DNA of 64,000 bases from Paraspadella gotoi (GCA_051294375.1 CM119264.1:21471125-21535124); one strand, 5' to 3'; numbered from the stretch's first letter, positions 1 through 12,590 are shown. The notes: generated from the sequence alone by a model not told the origin. A program made the numbers and translations.

Positions 1-520
1 AGATCACTATACTTTTAAGATTTTTTTTTATGTGGGAGATCGAATAATTTTCATATCTTTAGAAAAAATAGATAATCGGCTAGAAAATTAGCTAAAAGGC
101 GAAGGAAGCTTATTAAGGATAAATTATAACAGAAATATATGAAAAAACTCGACTAGAGGCGACAGGCGTTTGTCCTCTATTATTCGGTTACGAAACCTAA
201 ATTTAAATTAGGAAAATATAATTAGGATACAAACCTACAATGTATTTCTCCGTTTTAAACATTACAATTGTGCTGGTGTATGCGATGTGTATGCGCTGTA
301 TGCGGTGTATGCGAATAATTTGGATACAAGTACGTATGAAATATACACAATTAAACATCAGTATCATTTTAGACAAAGCACCCTCTCAGTTTCTACTTCA
401 CTTTCCTTTTTTTCACCGTTCTCTCTCTCTCTCTCTNNNNNNNNNNCTCTCTGTCTCTCTCTCTCCCCTTCTCTCATTTCTACTCTCCCAAGTGAATTTC
501 GCGGCCACAAGTCGCTGGAT

Positions 521-817
521 TCAGAGTCCTTCGCCTTTGCCCACGGTCTTTGACGCTCGGCTCTTTGCTTCCATTTCCTCTCGCGCCGCGTTCTCTAAAG
601 CTTTGCCCTCTCGCGCCGCGTCCTCTAAAGCTTTGCCCTCTCGCGCCACGTCCACTAAAGCCCTGCCCTGTCGTGCAACGTCCTCTGGCGCTAAGCACTC
701 GGGTGGATCGGAGGCTTCCACGCTACGTGGTACCGAGCTTTCCGGTGGCGCGCTCCGCGATACGGGTCCATTAACGGGTCGTACGGAGCGCGGAGCGCTA
801 GCGCCGCCCCATTCCTT
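521..817 (-). pseudogene. GC-rich open frame fragment with 10-aa tandem repeats; unknown protein, possibly retroelement gag/ORF1-like
   Basis: The minus frame is open from 817 to 521: Pro/Ser-rich (SAPRSVRPVNGPVSRSAPPESS), then four 30-bp repeats translating EDVARQGRAL/VDVAREGKAL/EDAAREGKAL/ENAAREEMEA. No domain recognised. Confidence 0.3.
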
Positions 818-1659
818 TCATCGGTCCGAGGGGCGGCGACGGGGACGGCGGCGGAAGAGCAGGAGCAGAAGAAGAAGAAGAAGAAAGACGTGAAGGAGGA
901 GGAGGAGGAGGAGGAGGAAAAAAGAGAGAGCACGAGAGAAAGTTAATGAGGAAAAATGGAGAGTAGGAGTTGGGGTTTTGGCCAAGTTTAGGAAGGTGGG
1001 AGATGTGGTACGTCTCCGACTGGGTCTATTGTGGTAAAAGCTGGTTGGTTATTTGACAAAATTTGGGTTGAATATCAAAAGACACTGTAAAAATGGGTAA
1101 CAAGATAAAAGACGTTGTTTGTTCCTCAACGAAAGATTCGAGGCCTATCTCGTCAATGAACTCAGTGTTCAGTGGTCGCAGTTATATACTGAGTGAAAAC
1201 TTTAAAACTTAACGATTGAGTACAAAACGTTTTCATTTCAGTCTAACCGCAGGGATGTGGAGCCGGAGCCGGAGCCGAAGCCGGAGCCAGAATTTTTATC
1301 TGGCCGGAGCCGGAGCTGGAGCCGGAGCCGAAAAAAATGTTTGACCGGAGCTGGAGCCGGAGCCGAAATAAAAATGCCCGGCTCCAGCTCCATAAAAATA
1401 AAATAAGATTATAATTATTAAATTAAAAAAAATATTTAAAAAAACATAATACTGATTTTTATAATTGATATAATATCATATATTTATTATACATAAGATT
1501 AAGTAAATAATAATAATTCTTTTTTTTTAATCTATTAAATTTATTATAAATACTTATTTATGAAGTCAAATTTATCCTTTAATATGCTTTGGCTTACTTA
1601 ATTCAGCAACCATTTGCAGACTGATTAAAGGCAAAGCTTTTCAATAATATATTTTGAAC

Positions 1660-1746
<87 letters not shown>
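1660..1746 (+). repeat. (AAT)n microsatellite
   Basis: About 29 perfect AAT units. Confidence 0.98.
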
Positions 1747-1750
<4 letters not shown>

Positions 1751-2134
1751 TTAATAATAATAAAATTATTTTGCTTACTATTTTTTTATATTATATACTT
1801 TTTATATATTTTTTGTTACATATGGTTGAAAGATATCTCATTTAAAAGATAAAAAAATAAATTACTTTAATATTATACTTTTTATTTTTAACTTTTTAAT
1901 TAATGAATTCAAAAATATACTATAAAACTTATCATATTAGTTTACTTCTTTCATAGTATATTATATGCCTGAAAGGAATAACCATACTCGGGCATCCTAT
2001 CAATCTTTTTATATTAAGGTCAGACTAAGTGATAGACAAAAATCTTAAAAGACTCAAGATCGAGTCAGAGCCTACTATCATAGAAAATTAATAAAAAAAC
2101 TCGGAAAAAAAACGAATGAATCATGCGATAACGA

Positions 2135-2930
2135 ATTATTGATGTAATAGTAATGTATGAGGTAATACTAATTGATTGATGTAATAGTAATTTATTGATG
2201 TAATAGGAATTGATTATTGATTCGATGATAACCAATTATTGATGCGATGATAGTCATTCACTGATGCGATGATAGTCATGCATTGATGCGATGATAGTCA
2301 TTCATTGACGCGATGAATCATTCATCGTAAATAAAACAAACAAATGCGTGTATGAGTGAAGAGAAGAGAAAGAGAAGAGAGAGAGAGAGGAGAGAGAGAA
2401 AGAAAGAAGAGAGAGAAAGAAAGAGAATAAATGCACGAAAATCTCGGATGAAAAATATGGGATTTTGTATTGAAAAAAAGCGCGGAATAAATGGCAATAA
2501 TAAAAGTTTTTATAAGAAAAAAATAAATCAGAATTTAAAAAACAAAAATCTTAAAAGCATAAGGATCGAGCCAGCTTTCGATGGTAACCAAATATTGATG
2601 CGATGATAACAATAATTGATGCGATGATAACAAAATAACTGATGTGATGATAATCAAATGATTGATGCGATGATAGTCATTTATGATGTGATGATAGTCA
2701 TTCATTGACGCGATGAATCATTCATCGTAAATAAAACAAACAAATGCGTGTATGAATGAAAGAGAGAGAGAGAGAGAAGAAGAGAGGAGAGAGAGGCTGG
2801 TCAGTTTTCACTCTCGTTTATATTAAAGAATAATCAAATTTTTAGGAAAAAAATCCACGAAAATCTCGGATGTAAATTTGGGATTTTGTATTGAGAAAAA
2901 GCGCGGAATAAATGGCGGAATAAATAAAAG
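2135..2930 (+). repeat. ~21-bp minisatellite (ATTGATGCGATGATAGTCATT-like) plus a local direct duplication
   Basis: Repeated TTGATGCGATGATA motifs. Block ~2290-2495 is duplicated at ~2690-2920, including GATGAATCATTCATCGTAAATAAAACAAACAAATGCGTGTATGA and GGATTTTGTATTGA..AAAAGCGCGGAATAAATGGC. Confidence 0.85.
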
Positions 2931-2961
<31 letters not shown>

Positions 2962-3559
2962 CACAGATAGAACAGAGAGAAACAGAGAGAGACAAAGCTG
3001 GACAGCTGCTGGAAGGCCACTGTACAGTCACTGCAGAGCCTGAACTCATTTTTTTCAGAAAAATAAAAAAATATATATAGATATAATTTAAAGAAATAAA
3101 AGAAAAGCAAAATATAGTTACAATTGTTTTACAATTGGAAATTTGTATTAAAATTAAGATATAGCTTTCTCATTAAAAAAATCCTTTGAGTTCCATTTTT
3201 ATTAGAGATTTAAAAAAAAAGATTTTTGAATTTCATCTTCAATATTATATACTGCAATATGTAAATTAGATTAAAGCATTTCTATATACTAATTTGGATA
3301 TATAATGAGTACTATAATCTCATTTGCATATTTGCAGTAAATCATAATGAAGTGGAAATCCAAACAAAAAATACTTAAATCCAAATGTAATAAGAAAATA
3401 TCAAAGCTATTTCAAGATGAGAAGCCACATCTAAATTTTTAACTTACTATGATCGCACACCTTTGTAAAACTTTATCATAATTCATAATAATTTTTATTT
3501 AAAAAAAAAACGGTAAGTCCCAGCCAAACCTATAAAAGCGAGTAATTTTTATTATAAAC

Positions 3560-3979
3560 AGCGTGACGCCGACGACGACGACGCTGACGACGACGACGCT
3601 GACGACGACGACGACGACGACGACGTCACAAAGAAGCTGACCCGAATCAATATCGAGCCTGAACCGGCTTCGCCGGTCATGGCTCGATAAAAACAAACGA
3701 TCACCCAAGAGATCGGACAGAGAGAGACAGACACACACAGAGAGACAGAGAGAGACAGAGAGAGAGAGAGAGACAGCCGCTGCAGAGAAAAAGAGAGAGA
3801 GAAAGAGCGATATATAATAATTAAAAGAGAGAGAGAAGCTCCACAGCCCCTTTACTCGTCAAAAAATCAACAGTACCTATTGCGCCGGACGTAGCGTGAG
3901 CTCTTCTCTACCCAAAGGACCCCTGTTCGTGGCATCGTTTTTTACATTAGTGAGCCCACATTATATCTAAAAAATTTAA

Positions 3980-4020
<41 letters not shown>

Positions 4021-4330
4021 AGCTGGACAGACGCTGCAGAGCCGGAACACGTTTTTAGACAAATCAGAAGAAGCAGTAATGAAGAAAAAGAGAGAGAGAG
4101 AGCGACATATAATTAAAACGTTTTTGTTTTGTAAATAAAACATAAACAAATACGAATATTGATATGAAACATGAGTATTTTAAAGATCTTGATGATTAGA
4201 AGCCATATGTAAAATTTCAAATCCCTATGATATCACACTTTCAGAAGCCATGATTGCAAAAAAGCGTGACCGAAAGCTAAACCGAATCAAAATCGAGCCA
4301 GGCGGGCAAAGCCTGGCTCGATAAAAAGCA
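3560..4330 (+). repeat. (GAC)n and (GA)n microsatellites with a repeated ATCGAGCC..GGCTCGAT hairpin module
   Basis: CCGAATCAA.ATCGAGCC...TGGCTCGATAAAAA occurs at ~3642-3693 and ~4282-4327. (GAC)n at 3571-3625. Confidence 0.7.
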
Positions 4331-4420
4331 TTGGCCAAGTTTAGGGTTTGAAAAGGGACTGACCAGGAATAATGGGGATTTAATAAGCCTTCCCATTCAC
4401 CCTGAATGAACACCAATAAA

Positions 4421-4549
4421 AACCCTAACCCTAATTAATTTATCTTATTTACAATCTTACATCATTTACAGCAGGCCATTTTTTTAGCCCTAACCCTAAC
4501 CTTTTATCTCATGCCAAGCTAAAAGCTTAACCCTAGTATTTTAACCCTA
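4421..4549 (+). repeat. Degenerate telomere-like CCCTAA repeats, left part (continues at 14891)
   Basis: AACCCTAACCCTAA motifs. The foldback element at 4550 is inserted in the TA of a CCCTAA unit. Confidence 0.7.
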
Positions 4550-5472
4550 CAAGGTGACACACAAAAGCCCGCCGCTAAAAAAAAATCGTCATTTGCAAAT
4601 TTGTAAACATATTTTTCATTTAAAACTTTTTTTCTGTAATAAAAACCTAAATCATTTATTTATCCAAATTTTATATTGATTGGTTTTGATTTGACTTGGT
4701 ACTAGAGTTCCGATAACCGTTAACAGTTAACGGTTATTAACGGTTAAAAATAATTTTAACTTAACCGTTAATATATTTATTTTAACGGTTAAATTCGGTT
4801 AATTTTCAAGTATGATTTTTGTTATTTTTTGTTATGAAAACTTTGATTTTTTCGGAAAAAAAATTTTTTTCCCTTATTCTCCTCTCCCTTTCTCACTATA
4901 TTTTTCCCCCTCTCTCTGTTTTACATTTTCCCCTTTTTTTTCTTTGTTATTTTCAACCCTTTTATTCTTTTTCTATTCTAATCTATTATCATTTTTTTTC
5001 TGCCCTTCCGGTATTTTTTTTTACTTACTTTCTCCCAATTGTTTTCGTTTTTACTTTCAGCTAATTTTATACATTTACATCAAAGAATATTTTGAAATAT
5101 AATATGCATCTGCATATATTTTTTTGCAAATCAAATTTTTACGTGCAATAATATTCTATTTTGCTGATAAAAAAAAATAATCTTTCTTATTTTACTTTTT
5201 TTAGATTTTTCTTTCAATTTTTAAAACGAACAAAGAAGTAAATAAAATAAAGCCGAATGAAAACTAAAATAAAAAAATTATTAGAAAACATTTAAAAAAT
5301 GAACAACAGAAGGAATGAATCTTTGAAAAGACATAAAGGCAAACTAAAACTATCCTTCAATGATGATATACTTTACTTTAATAAAATTTAAAAAAATATT
5401 TATTAATTAATAAGTCTTTTGATCAATCGATCATTCAACCATTCAATTAATAAATTCATATTCATAATTAAG

Positions 5473-5627
5473 AGAAAACAAAGTTTATTTGTTTACAAAC
5501 AACGGGTTTTTATTCCATGTTTCGACTCTAGTTTTTCCGAGTCTACATCAGCGCGTGAGAGTCGAAACATGTCCGTTTTTTAAAAATAAAAACCTGTTGT
5601 TTGTAATCAAATAAACTTTGCTTTCAC
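5473..5627. ncRNA. Palindromic Penelope-type hammerhead (HHR) remnant inside the hAT element
   Basis: The minus strand at ~5515-5553 reads CTGATGTA-GACTC-GGAAAAACTA-GAGTC-GAAACATG. The plus arm has GAGTCGAAACATGTC (palindromic ACATGT, GUC triplet). The two arms are inverted repeats. The core is degenerate (U at the A9 position). Confidence 0.55.
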
Positions 5628-6149
5628 GCTTAAACGCAACGAAAAGAAAGTCTTAACACAATATTCATAATTATATTTATATTTATGGTCATGGTTATTG
5701 AAAGACTAACAACAGAAAACATGCTTTCAAGAAACTAACAACTATAAAAATAATGAGGAAGAGAAATAGAAAAAGAAAAAGCGAAAACGAAAGAAAGAAA
5801 GAAAAATAGAGAAAGAGAAAACAAAATATACAGAATTAAAATTACATTGTGCTTTTTCTTTCATTGTCTTTTTTCATATTTTTATTAAGCTATGAGGCAA
5901 AAAAAAATTATTATAATGCTGTTTTTTCAAACCAATTTTCTCATTTATCAACTATAATGTTTACCTCATCTATCTGAAATAAAAGATAAAGATGATTCAG
6001 TAGCCGGAGTTAAGGAGAAAATACCATTAGAATACTGTTAGTAAGGCTTTTAAATATAATATTTTAAATTAATGTTAAATTATAAAATTAACCGATTTTA
6101 ACGGTTAACCGTTAAAAACGTTAGTTTTAACGGTTAAGCGAAGTTCCCA

Positions 6150-8472
6150 CATCACGCATAAAACGGGGTAAAACCGAAAAGGAATATAGATTCCTCCATA
6201 AATTTTTAAATTGTCAGAACGTTTTTCTCTTTTTTTTCCATATTTTTTGACACGCTAAACGTTTCTCTGATTACTCAACAATTTCATGAAAAAAATAAAA
6301 ATTAATACTACCAATAGTTAGTGTTATTCTCGAATAGATGGAAAAAAACCTCGTTTAAAAATCTCGATCGGGAAGTGGCGGGTAACTAAGGCTTACCATA
6401 TGGCATCCTCCACGCCAATCGTTCTCTCAAATAATTTTTTTTATTTAATACATTTGAAAGGGAAAAAAAAATTCAGAATGCAGATTGCAGAAAGGGTACA
6501 GATAATATGGACATACTGACATGATAATCATGACCTTTTATGTCTTGTGAAAGGGGGCAGTAAAGAAACCTAAAAAATTCGATCATTAAGTCAGTCAATG
6601 AACCCTTTCCAATGGGCTATTCCGCGAAATTTTTTTTCTTAATTTAAACGGATGATAAGTAATAGAATTAAATTCCTTGTATAAAGGTTGTTATATTTAA
6701 AAAAAATTATCAATACAAATAACACAATGATGTCTTGCTTTGTCAAATATGTCACCAGCTATGTAATTTTTTTAAAATTTTATTATGATAAACAAGCAGC
6801 GTGTCAAGCTTTTTGTTTGCAGTTGAAGATAATGGAAATGACAATTTTTTTTCACAGACAAGAAGGTAGATGTCCAGCTCTTTATATCAATCTGAAAATA
6901 TTTTTGTATTTATCATTTTCATATTTAAAAAAACATTTCATCCAGCTACTTCATAAATTTTTGCTTGTTTTTTACTTTAACTAAAAAATACAAGCAAATT
7001 TTATAGAGTAGAGCAAATTTAATTAATCAAAATGTAATTTAGTCTTTCTTTTTTCAAATTACGAAAGAAGCAAAAAAATTTCACAAGCTTCATTGAAATT
7101 TTTAATGCAAAAAACTGTTATACTTTTAACTCCGATTTAAAATAAAAGCTGTGTAAAGATTTATGGATAAAATTTAATAAAACTATTTCAGAGAGGTGTC
7201 CCATGATTAGGGCTTTAATTAATACCTCACCCACTTTCCTACCTCTTTTTTTTCAAAGTTATCAAGAAAATAACTTTTTTTACCGTGAGAGAACTAAGGA
7301 TTTGAACTACGCAGTACAAAATCTTTGTTAAATAAAAATTTCGGCAAAGCGGGAGTATTCTCAATTATCCTATTGGTACAATACCTAAATTCTAAATAAA
7401 ACTTAAAGAAAAATTTCCTCCTCTAGAGACATATCACTTTCAGGTTTACCTATCGTCTTACACATTTAAGCGATTATGCTGGAAGAAATCAGCAAAACGT
7501 TTTCTCTTTTTTTTTAAATAGTATTGTACTAGCGCGTCAGCGAATCTAACAAGAAACTCGAAAATTTTATTCTGACAAATTTTGCCTTCAAGGCTGACGT
7601 TTATGACGTATATCTCGGAAACCATTGTTAGGAATTTAAAAACGGTTTTTTGCAAGTGAACATTGCATATCATCCTCAGGGACCGCGCCATAAAAAATAT
7701 ATTAAAAAAATAAAACTAATATTGGCTCTCAGTGAGTATCTAAGGAATAGTTTTAACGTTTACCGCGTTGGAATTCGAGATTTCAGTCATCTTTTCTTCG
7801 TTTTATTAATTTTCCCTAAAATTTTTTTTTTGTTCGCATACGGAGAATTCAAGAGGATAAAAAGACCTTTCAACTGGTTACTGAAATTTATGGATTGTCT
7901 CACGGTATGGCCCGCACGAAATGAGAACAGTCTTTTTAAAATCCTTGAACGTATTTAGTTGTTTTTACTTTCCTTTTCGATAAAATCTGCCTTTTTATCA
8001 TAAATTTTAGATTCTATTGATACCGGACTCCAATATTCTGCTGACAATGGTTTTACAGCGGCAACTATACCTTATCAAGACATTTGCTTTGAAGAAATTT
8101 TTGAGAGTCTCTCTTCTTTTCTCTCTCTCACTGTCTCTCTCTCACTCTCTCTCTCTGATTTCATCCTACTCATCTGCTTCATCCTCCTCATCCTCCTCAT
8201 TCTTACTAACTCTTTCTTACCATAGAAATGATTTGAATTTAGAATGCAATGTCTAATAAAATAAACCAATCTCGATATTTTGTAATAAAAATCTTTTTAT
8301 GCAATAGTAATTAGGAATTAATTGTTGGAAAAAAAATTAGAAAGAAGTTAGAAAAAAAATTAAGGAAAAAGAAATTTAAAAAAAAATCTGAAATTTAAAA
8401 AAACGGTAAAGAAGATTCCGAAATCTTTTTGTTACTCGATGCGAAAAAATATACCCCGTTTTATGCGTGATG
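6150..8472. mobile_element. TIR element with 21-bp perfect TIR and 2-bp CA duplication (CMC/EnSpm-Mirage-like by TSD length; tentative)
   Basis: CATCACGCATAAAACGGGGTA (6150-6170) / TACCCCGTTTTATGCGTGATG (8452-8472), flanked by CA on both sides. Absent from hAT copy 2 at the equivalent site (~49035). Confidence 0.8.
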
Positions 8473-8605
8473 CAAAATTAACGGTTAACGGAACCCTACT
8501 TGGTTGTCTTCAAAATTGTGTTTCATTTTAAAACTCCATTTTTTTTCAATCTGTTTATTTAACTTTTTAACTATTTTTTTACAAAACTTTATATAAAAAG
8601 GTATC

Positions 8606-11600
8606 TGTATTGAACTAAGTTCAGAGAAGTGGCTGTCTTTGAGCTCTAACTGACTGGGCTAATTCTGCGCATTCAAAACCAGATGGAATCGGGTATAAAA
8701 TGGCGCAAAAGAGACGATGGCGCCGGTCATGACGCCCTGGAGATGATGACGACAAAGTCTCGGCAGAACGACGTCGGCTAAGGCCGAAAGGACGACGAAC
8801 TGCGAAGCCCAGGACTTGACAAAGTGTCGGTGATGTCTGATAAAGTAGATGCTGTTGTAGTAGTTTGTAGAAGTAGTAGTCTGTAGGAGAGTGGTGTGTT
8901 TAGAAGTTGCTTGAGTCGTGAGTTAGAAGTCCTGGGAAAGGAATAACAAAACATTTAGTACAAACTCAGCAAATATATATAAGCTTAAAGTGTCTTTTTT
9001 ACTTGTTTCTAAAGCCAATAATAAACAAAAATAGAGATGCTTCTCTCATATAAAAGTTCACTAAACCAGCGATCACACAAAAAATAAGATTCCGAGATAT
9101 ATGATAAGAGTTTAAATAAGCTCTGAAGAGAACTAAAAACCCAGTGACAACTTTGAGATCTGAAGATACCACGTGGCCAGAATTCGATCAGAATCAAATC
9201 GAAATCTATCGAAATCACGGGAACCAATTAGAATCAGCTGTACACTGCCTTCGGAAATCTGTACTTACAAAAGAGAGAGCCTAAAGATGTCGTGGCGATC
9301 GCTAGAACGGAGGCATTTTCGATGTCAGTAATAAAGAACAAAAGGGCATCGGGAGAAGCTGGATTTCCTGGTAATATAAAAGATAGTTATTTCATAACAC
9401 CCCCCGCTATTAAGGCGTAGTAAAATTTCTAAATTTGACTTTAATTAAAATTCTAAAAGTGAGGAACAAACAACATTATACTAATAAACATTTATGTAAT
9501 AAAAAAATTTATAATAAATTTTACAATTTACGCAGTAGGCCATATTTATACTAGTATTAAACCAATAAATGTTAAAATTTCAAAACAGGTTTTTATAAGA
9601 TTTTTTTGCAGATTTGGATTCGTCATAAAAAGTTGATAGAAAGATATATAACTCTTTTTGAAAAATTCCTTCATTAAGTAGGTAAAAAATTAGAAAAAGT
9701 TATATTTTAAGCTGAAAATTAACTTTTTATATATTAATTATAGTTTTTTAAATTTTTAACCCACTTAATGAAAGAATTTTTAAAAATGATTTATATTTTC
9801 TTTTATCAACTGTTGACGAGGAATTCAAATCTGCAATAAAAATTAAAATTTAAAAAATTTTCAATTTTATAAGGATAGTACTATATATAAATACAGCCTA
9901 CTGCGAAAATTAAAAAACAAAATTAATTTTTTTTACAAATTAATGTTCACTGATGGTATGTTGTTCATATTTGACTTTTAGAATTTTCGTATGTAACTTT
10001 CACTACGCCTTACCCGCTATTTTATTATGCCAAAAGCATACCAAAATACCTTGAACATGTCCAGAAATAACCATCTAAAATATCCGGTCGCAGGGGGATG
10101 GAAAGTAGAAAGGAAGAAAATTTAAAGCTGAGTATGTAAAAAATGCGCCCAGGACTTACTTGTAAATACCTCAAAATAATTCAAAAAAACTGACAAAAAA
10201 CTGACGAAATTTCTGTCAAGCGGTTGAACGGACAGACGGGTGACGACGGCAGATGACAAACTGACCGGCGACAACCCTCTTCCACACGCAAATTGTACTT
10301 CAAGTTATCATGTTTGAAGACGAAACAGTAGGGTTACAAATTGGCAAATTTAGATAGAACCGTGCGTGATGTAATGAAAAACTACGGTTGTCGTAAATCT
10401 AAAACCATCTTTCACCCAAAAAACAGAAAAACGAAGACAGCTTTGTCCGCTCGGTTCACGTAAACGGCCTGAGGTGCCGCTCACCAACTTCTGCCGAGTT
10501 GCGAAGCGCCGTGTGACGATTGCCGGAACGAACGTCTCTGACTACGAATAGGAAAGAAAAAATAACTCTGTACGGCGTGTTTAAGTACACCCGTCAAACA
10601 AGTAGACCTTTCTTTACCGAATGCCGAAAAAATTTGGAGTTCCCGACGATTTCTCTCAACCAATTCTTACTGGAACCGGCCGTGTGTACAAGAGAAACCG
10701 TCCGCCTGGCGGCGCGCAGGGAGACAGTCTTGAACAGGGTTGACCGTCGCTCCAAAAGCCTAAAGTTGTTATATTTTAGCGTCAACTCACAAAACTCCGT
10801 CCGTCTAGAGATTTTGAAAGTCGAGGCAAAAAACTTTTACCAAAAAGCGAAAAAATATTAGGGGCAAACTATGAATAATATAAAATATCAGAGAAAGATA
10901 ATCGATATTATTCTTACCTACTCTAAATGTCGTCTCTTCTCCTAGGCTATCCAAAAAATCGACAAAGCTAAATAAATACAAAAAATGGGACAGATGGGGT
11001 GTTCTTAAGCAGTGGGGTGGTTTGCAACACACCTCCGAAGGGGGTTTCGTTCTTCCGTCTTGTTCTGGTCGGGAAGAACATGCTTTGGCGAGCGTTGGTT
11101 TTTTTCCTCCTCTCACTCAACCAAAAAACCTTGACCTTGACTCAATTTCACCTTTTTCTCAACTCCAAAATCTAAAAACACACTTTGTAATTTCGTGGGT
11201 TAAGGACTTAATCACTAAAAAACGAAAAATATCAAATTTTCTAAAAAACGAACAAGTATAAATACTAAATTTTCATTAGAAAAATGGTCGTATCCCCAGC
11301 ACGAACTGAGAGGAACGAACCTGTTCGTACAAAAAGAATAAAAATTTCGAAATTTCCCAAAAAATACAAAAACAGAACTACGTAGTTAATTTGTAATGTT
11401 TGGGGGAAACGGGGGAAAATCCCAAATTTCTCCCGAGCGTAAAGTCGCGAAAATCTGGGGAAAAAGGGCATGATGGTAAATAACACTTTTTCCGGAGATA
11501 ATCGAAGCCTTATGATCGATTGAAAATTGAGGTTAACCTGCCGTAAACCAAACACACAAATTAACAATATTACTCAAAAAATAAATATTTAAACCAAAAA

Positions 11601-12590
11601 AATATTATGAAAAACGTAAGCACGTTGATTTTTCCATAAATGACCGCCGCATCAAGTTTCTCTACGCCCGACGTCACTTTCGAAATTCGTAGCTTTAACC
11701 CGTAATCGTCGTCAATATCCGAGCGTCCACTACGAACCGGAAGCGTCGTCGCACGCAGGCGAAACCGAATGTTGCGTGCATTCACACACGTGGAAAAATT
11801 TGGGAAAAAATTCGCACGCGTGAGAAAAAGGGGCGTGGCTTACGGTCGCCATCGTCGATGCATCGACATCGCTCGATGGCCGCGAAACTAAAATACCGAT
11901 GAGTCAATATAACGCAATCTTACGGAGGCGTAACGAAATATGATGAAATATAACGTTATCCGCCGTAACAGCGCGAAATCCTGACGCAACGATAAGAAAG
12001 GGAAAAATATTAAAATTCTCCAAAAACGTAAAAAAGGCAAAAAATCGAGATTTAGAAAAAAGGTCAAGCCATTTAGAATGGTCGAACGAGAGAGGCTGGT
12101 ACTGGCCGACTTTCCGCCGCACGGACAAGCCTTCCACGAACCTCCCCGCCGGCCCATGAAAAAACACCCTTCCATCAATACTTTGCCGACCGAGACGGAC
12201 GTCAAAGCCGAGCAAAGCAAAGAGGAACTCCGTCCACAAAGGCGCCCCTATGCCGGTCAAGGCCGACATAGTGCAGAAATACGAAATAAACAATGAAAAA
12301 ACGTAAAAATTTGATCAAAAATAAATACGGCTTTTGAAACAGGGCACTCCCATAAAAAAGTTTTGCAAAGTGCAGAAAAAATAGGAAATCCAAGTGAACG
12401 CGACTGAAAGAAAGTGATTAATAAATAACGTTTTTCGCCGCGTTTTACAAGAAACCAAATCAGTTCTGAACCTGGATGCAATAATAGGAACTTACTTTAT
12501 TGGTCATTTTATTTTAAGCATCCGTTTGCCGTTGCAACGAGAATAACTACGGCAAGGTAAAACTAAGAGACAACGGATGGGGCGAGACCC
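8606..12590. mobile_element. Unclassified GC-richer insertion, related to 42974-49362
   Basis: Interrupts the foldback arm at AAGGTATC|AATATTAAT with only a TC duplication. Shared blocks: 8620-8830 ~ 43345-43550; 10595-12470 ~ 45100-46790; 12490-12586 ~ 44762-44859. Confidence 0.7.
9411..10012. mobile_element. 602-bp foldback MITE with a perfect 8-bp TSD
   Basis: TAAGGCGTAGT...ACTACGCCTTA termini, long imperfect inverted arms, TSD CCCGCTAT at 9403-9410 and 10013-10020. Confidence 0.92.

Larger units (their letters stand above)
4703..8498. mobile_element. hAT-type non-autonomous element, copy 1 (contains the 6150-8472 insert)
   Basis: TIR TAGAGTTCCGATAACCGTTAA / TTAACGGTTAACGGAACCCTA, subterminal TAACGGTTA repeats, degenerate 8-bp TSD CTTGGTAC/CTTGGTTG. 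Colinear with 47373-49063. Confidence 0.88.

Noticed and set aside
240-893. 217-aa plus-strand ORF
   Set aside because: It runs through (CT)n, an N gap and (AGA)n. The repeat region reads more like protein on the opposite strand.
991-1012. PPT plus TG start of an LTR (GGAAGGTGGGAGA-TGTGG)
   Set aside because: No second copy, matching CA end or plus-strand pol sequence supports it.
1654-2606. Poly-Asn and Arg/Glu-rich ORFs
   Set aside because: They are translations of (AAT)n and (GA)n microsatellites.
8760-8805. GGC-TAAG-GCC-GAAA as a hammerhead stem II
   Set aside because: There is no upstream CUGANGA box in either copy.
11570-11785. ORF MNARNIRFRL... shared with 45946-46128
   Set aside because: The differences between copies are largely amino-acid changing and the C-termini differ. 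Conservation is explained by DNA homology alone.
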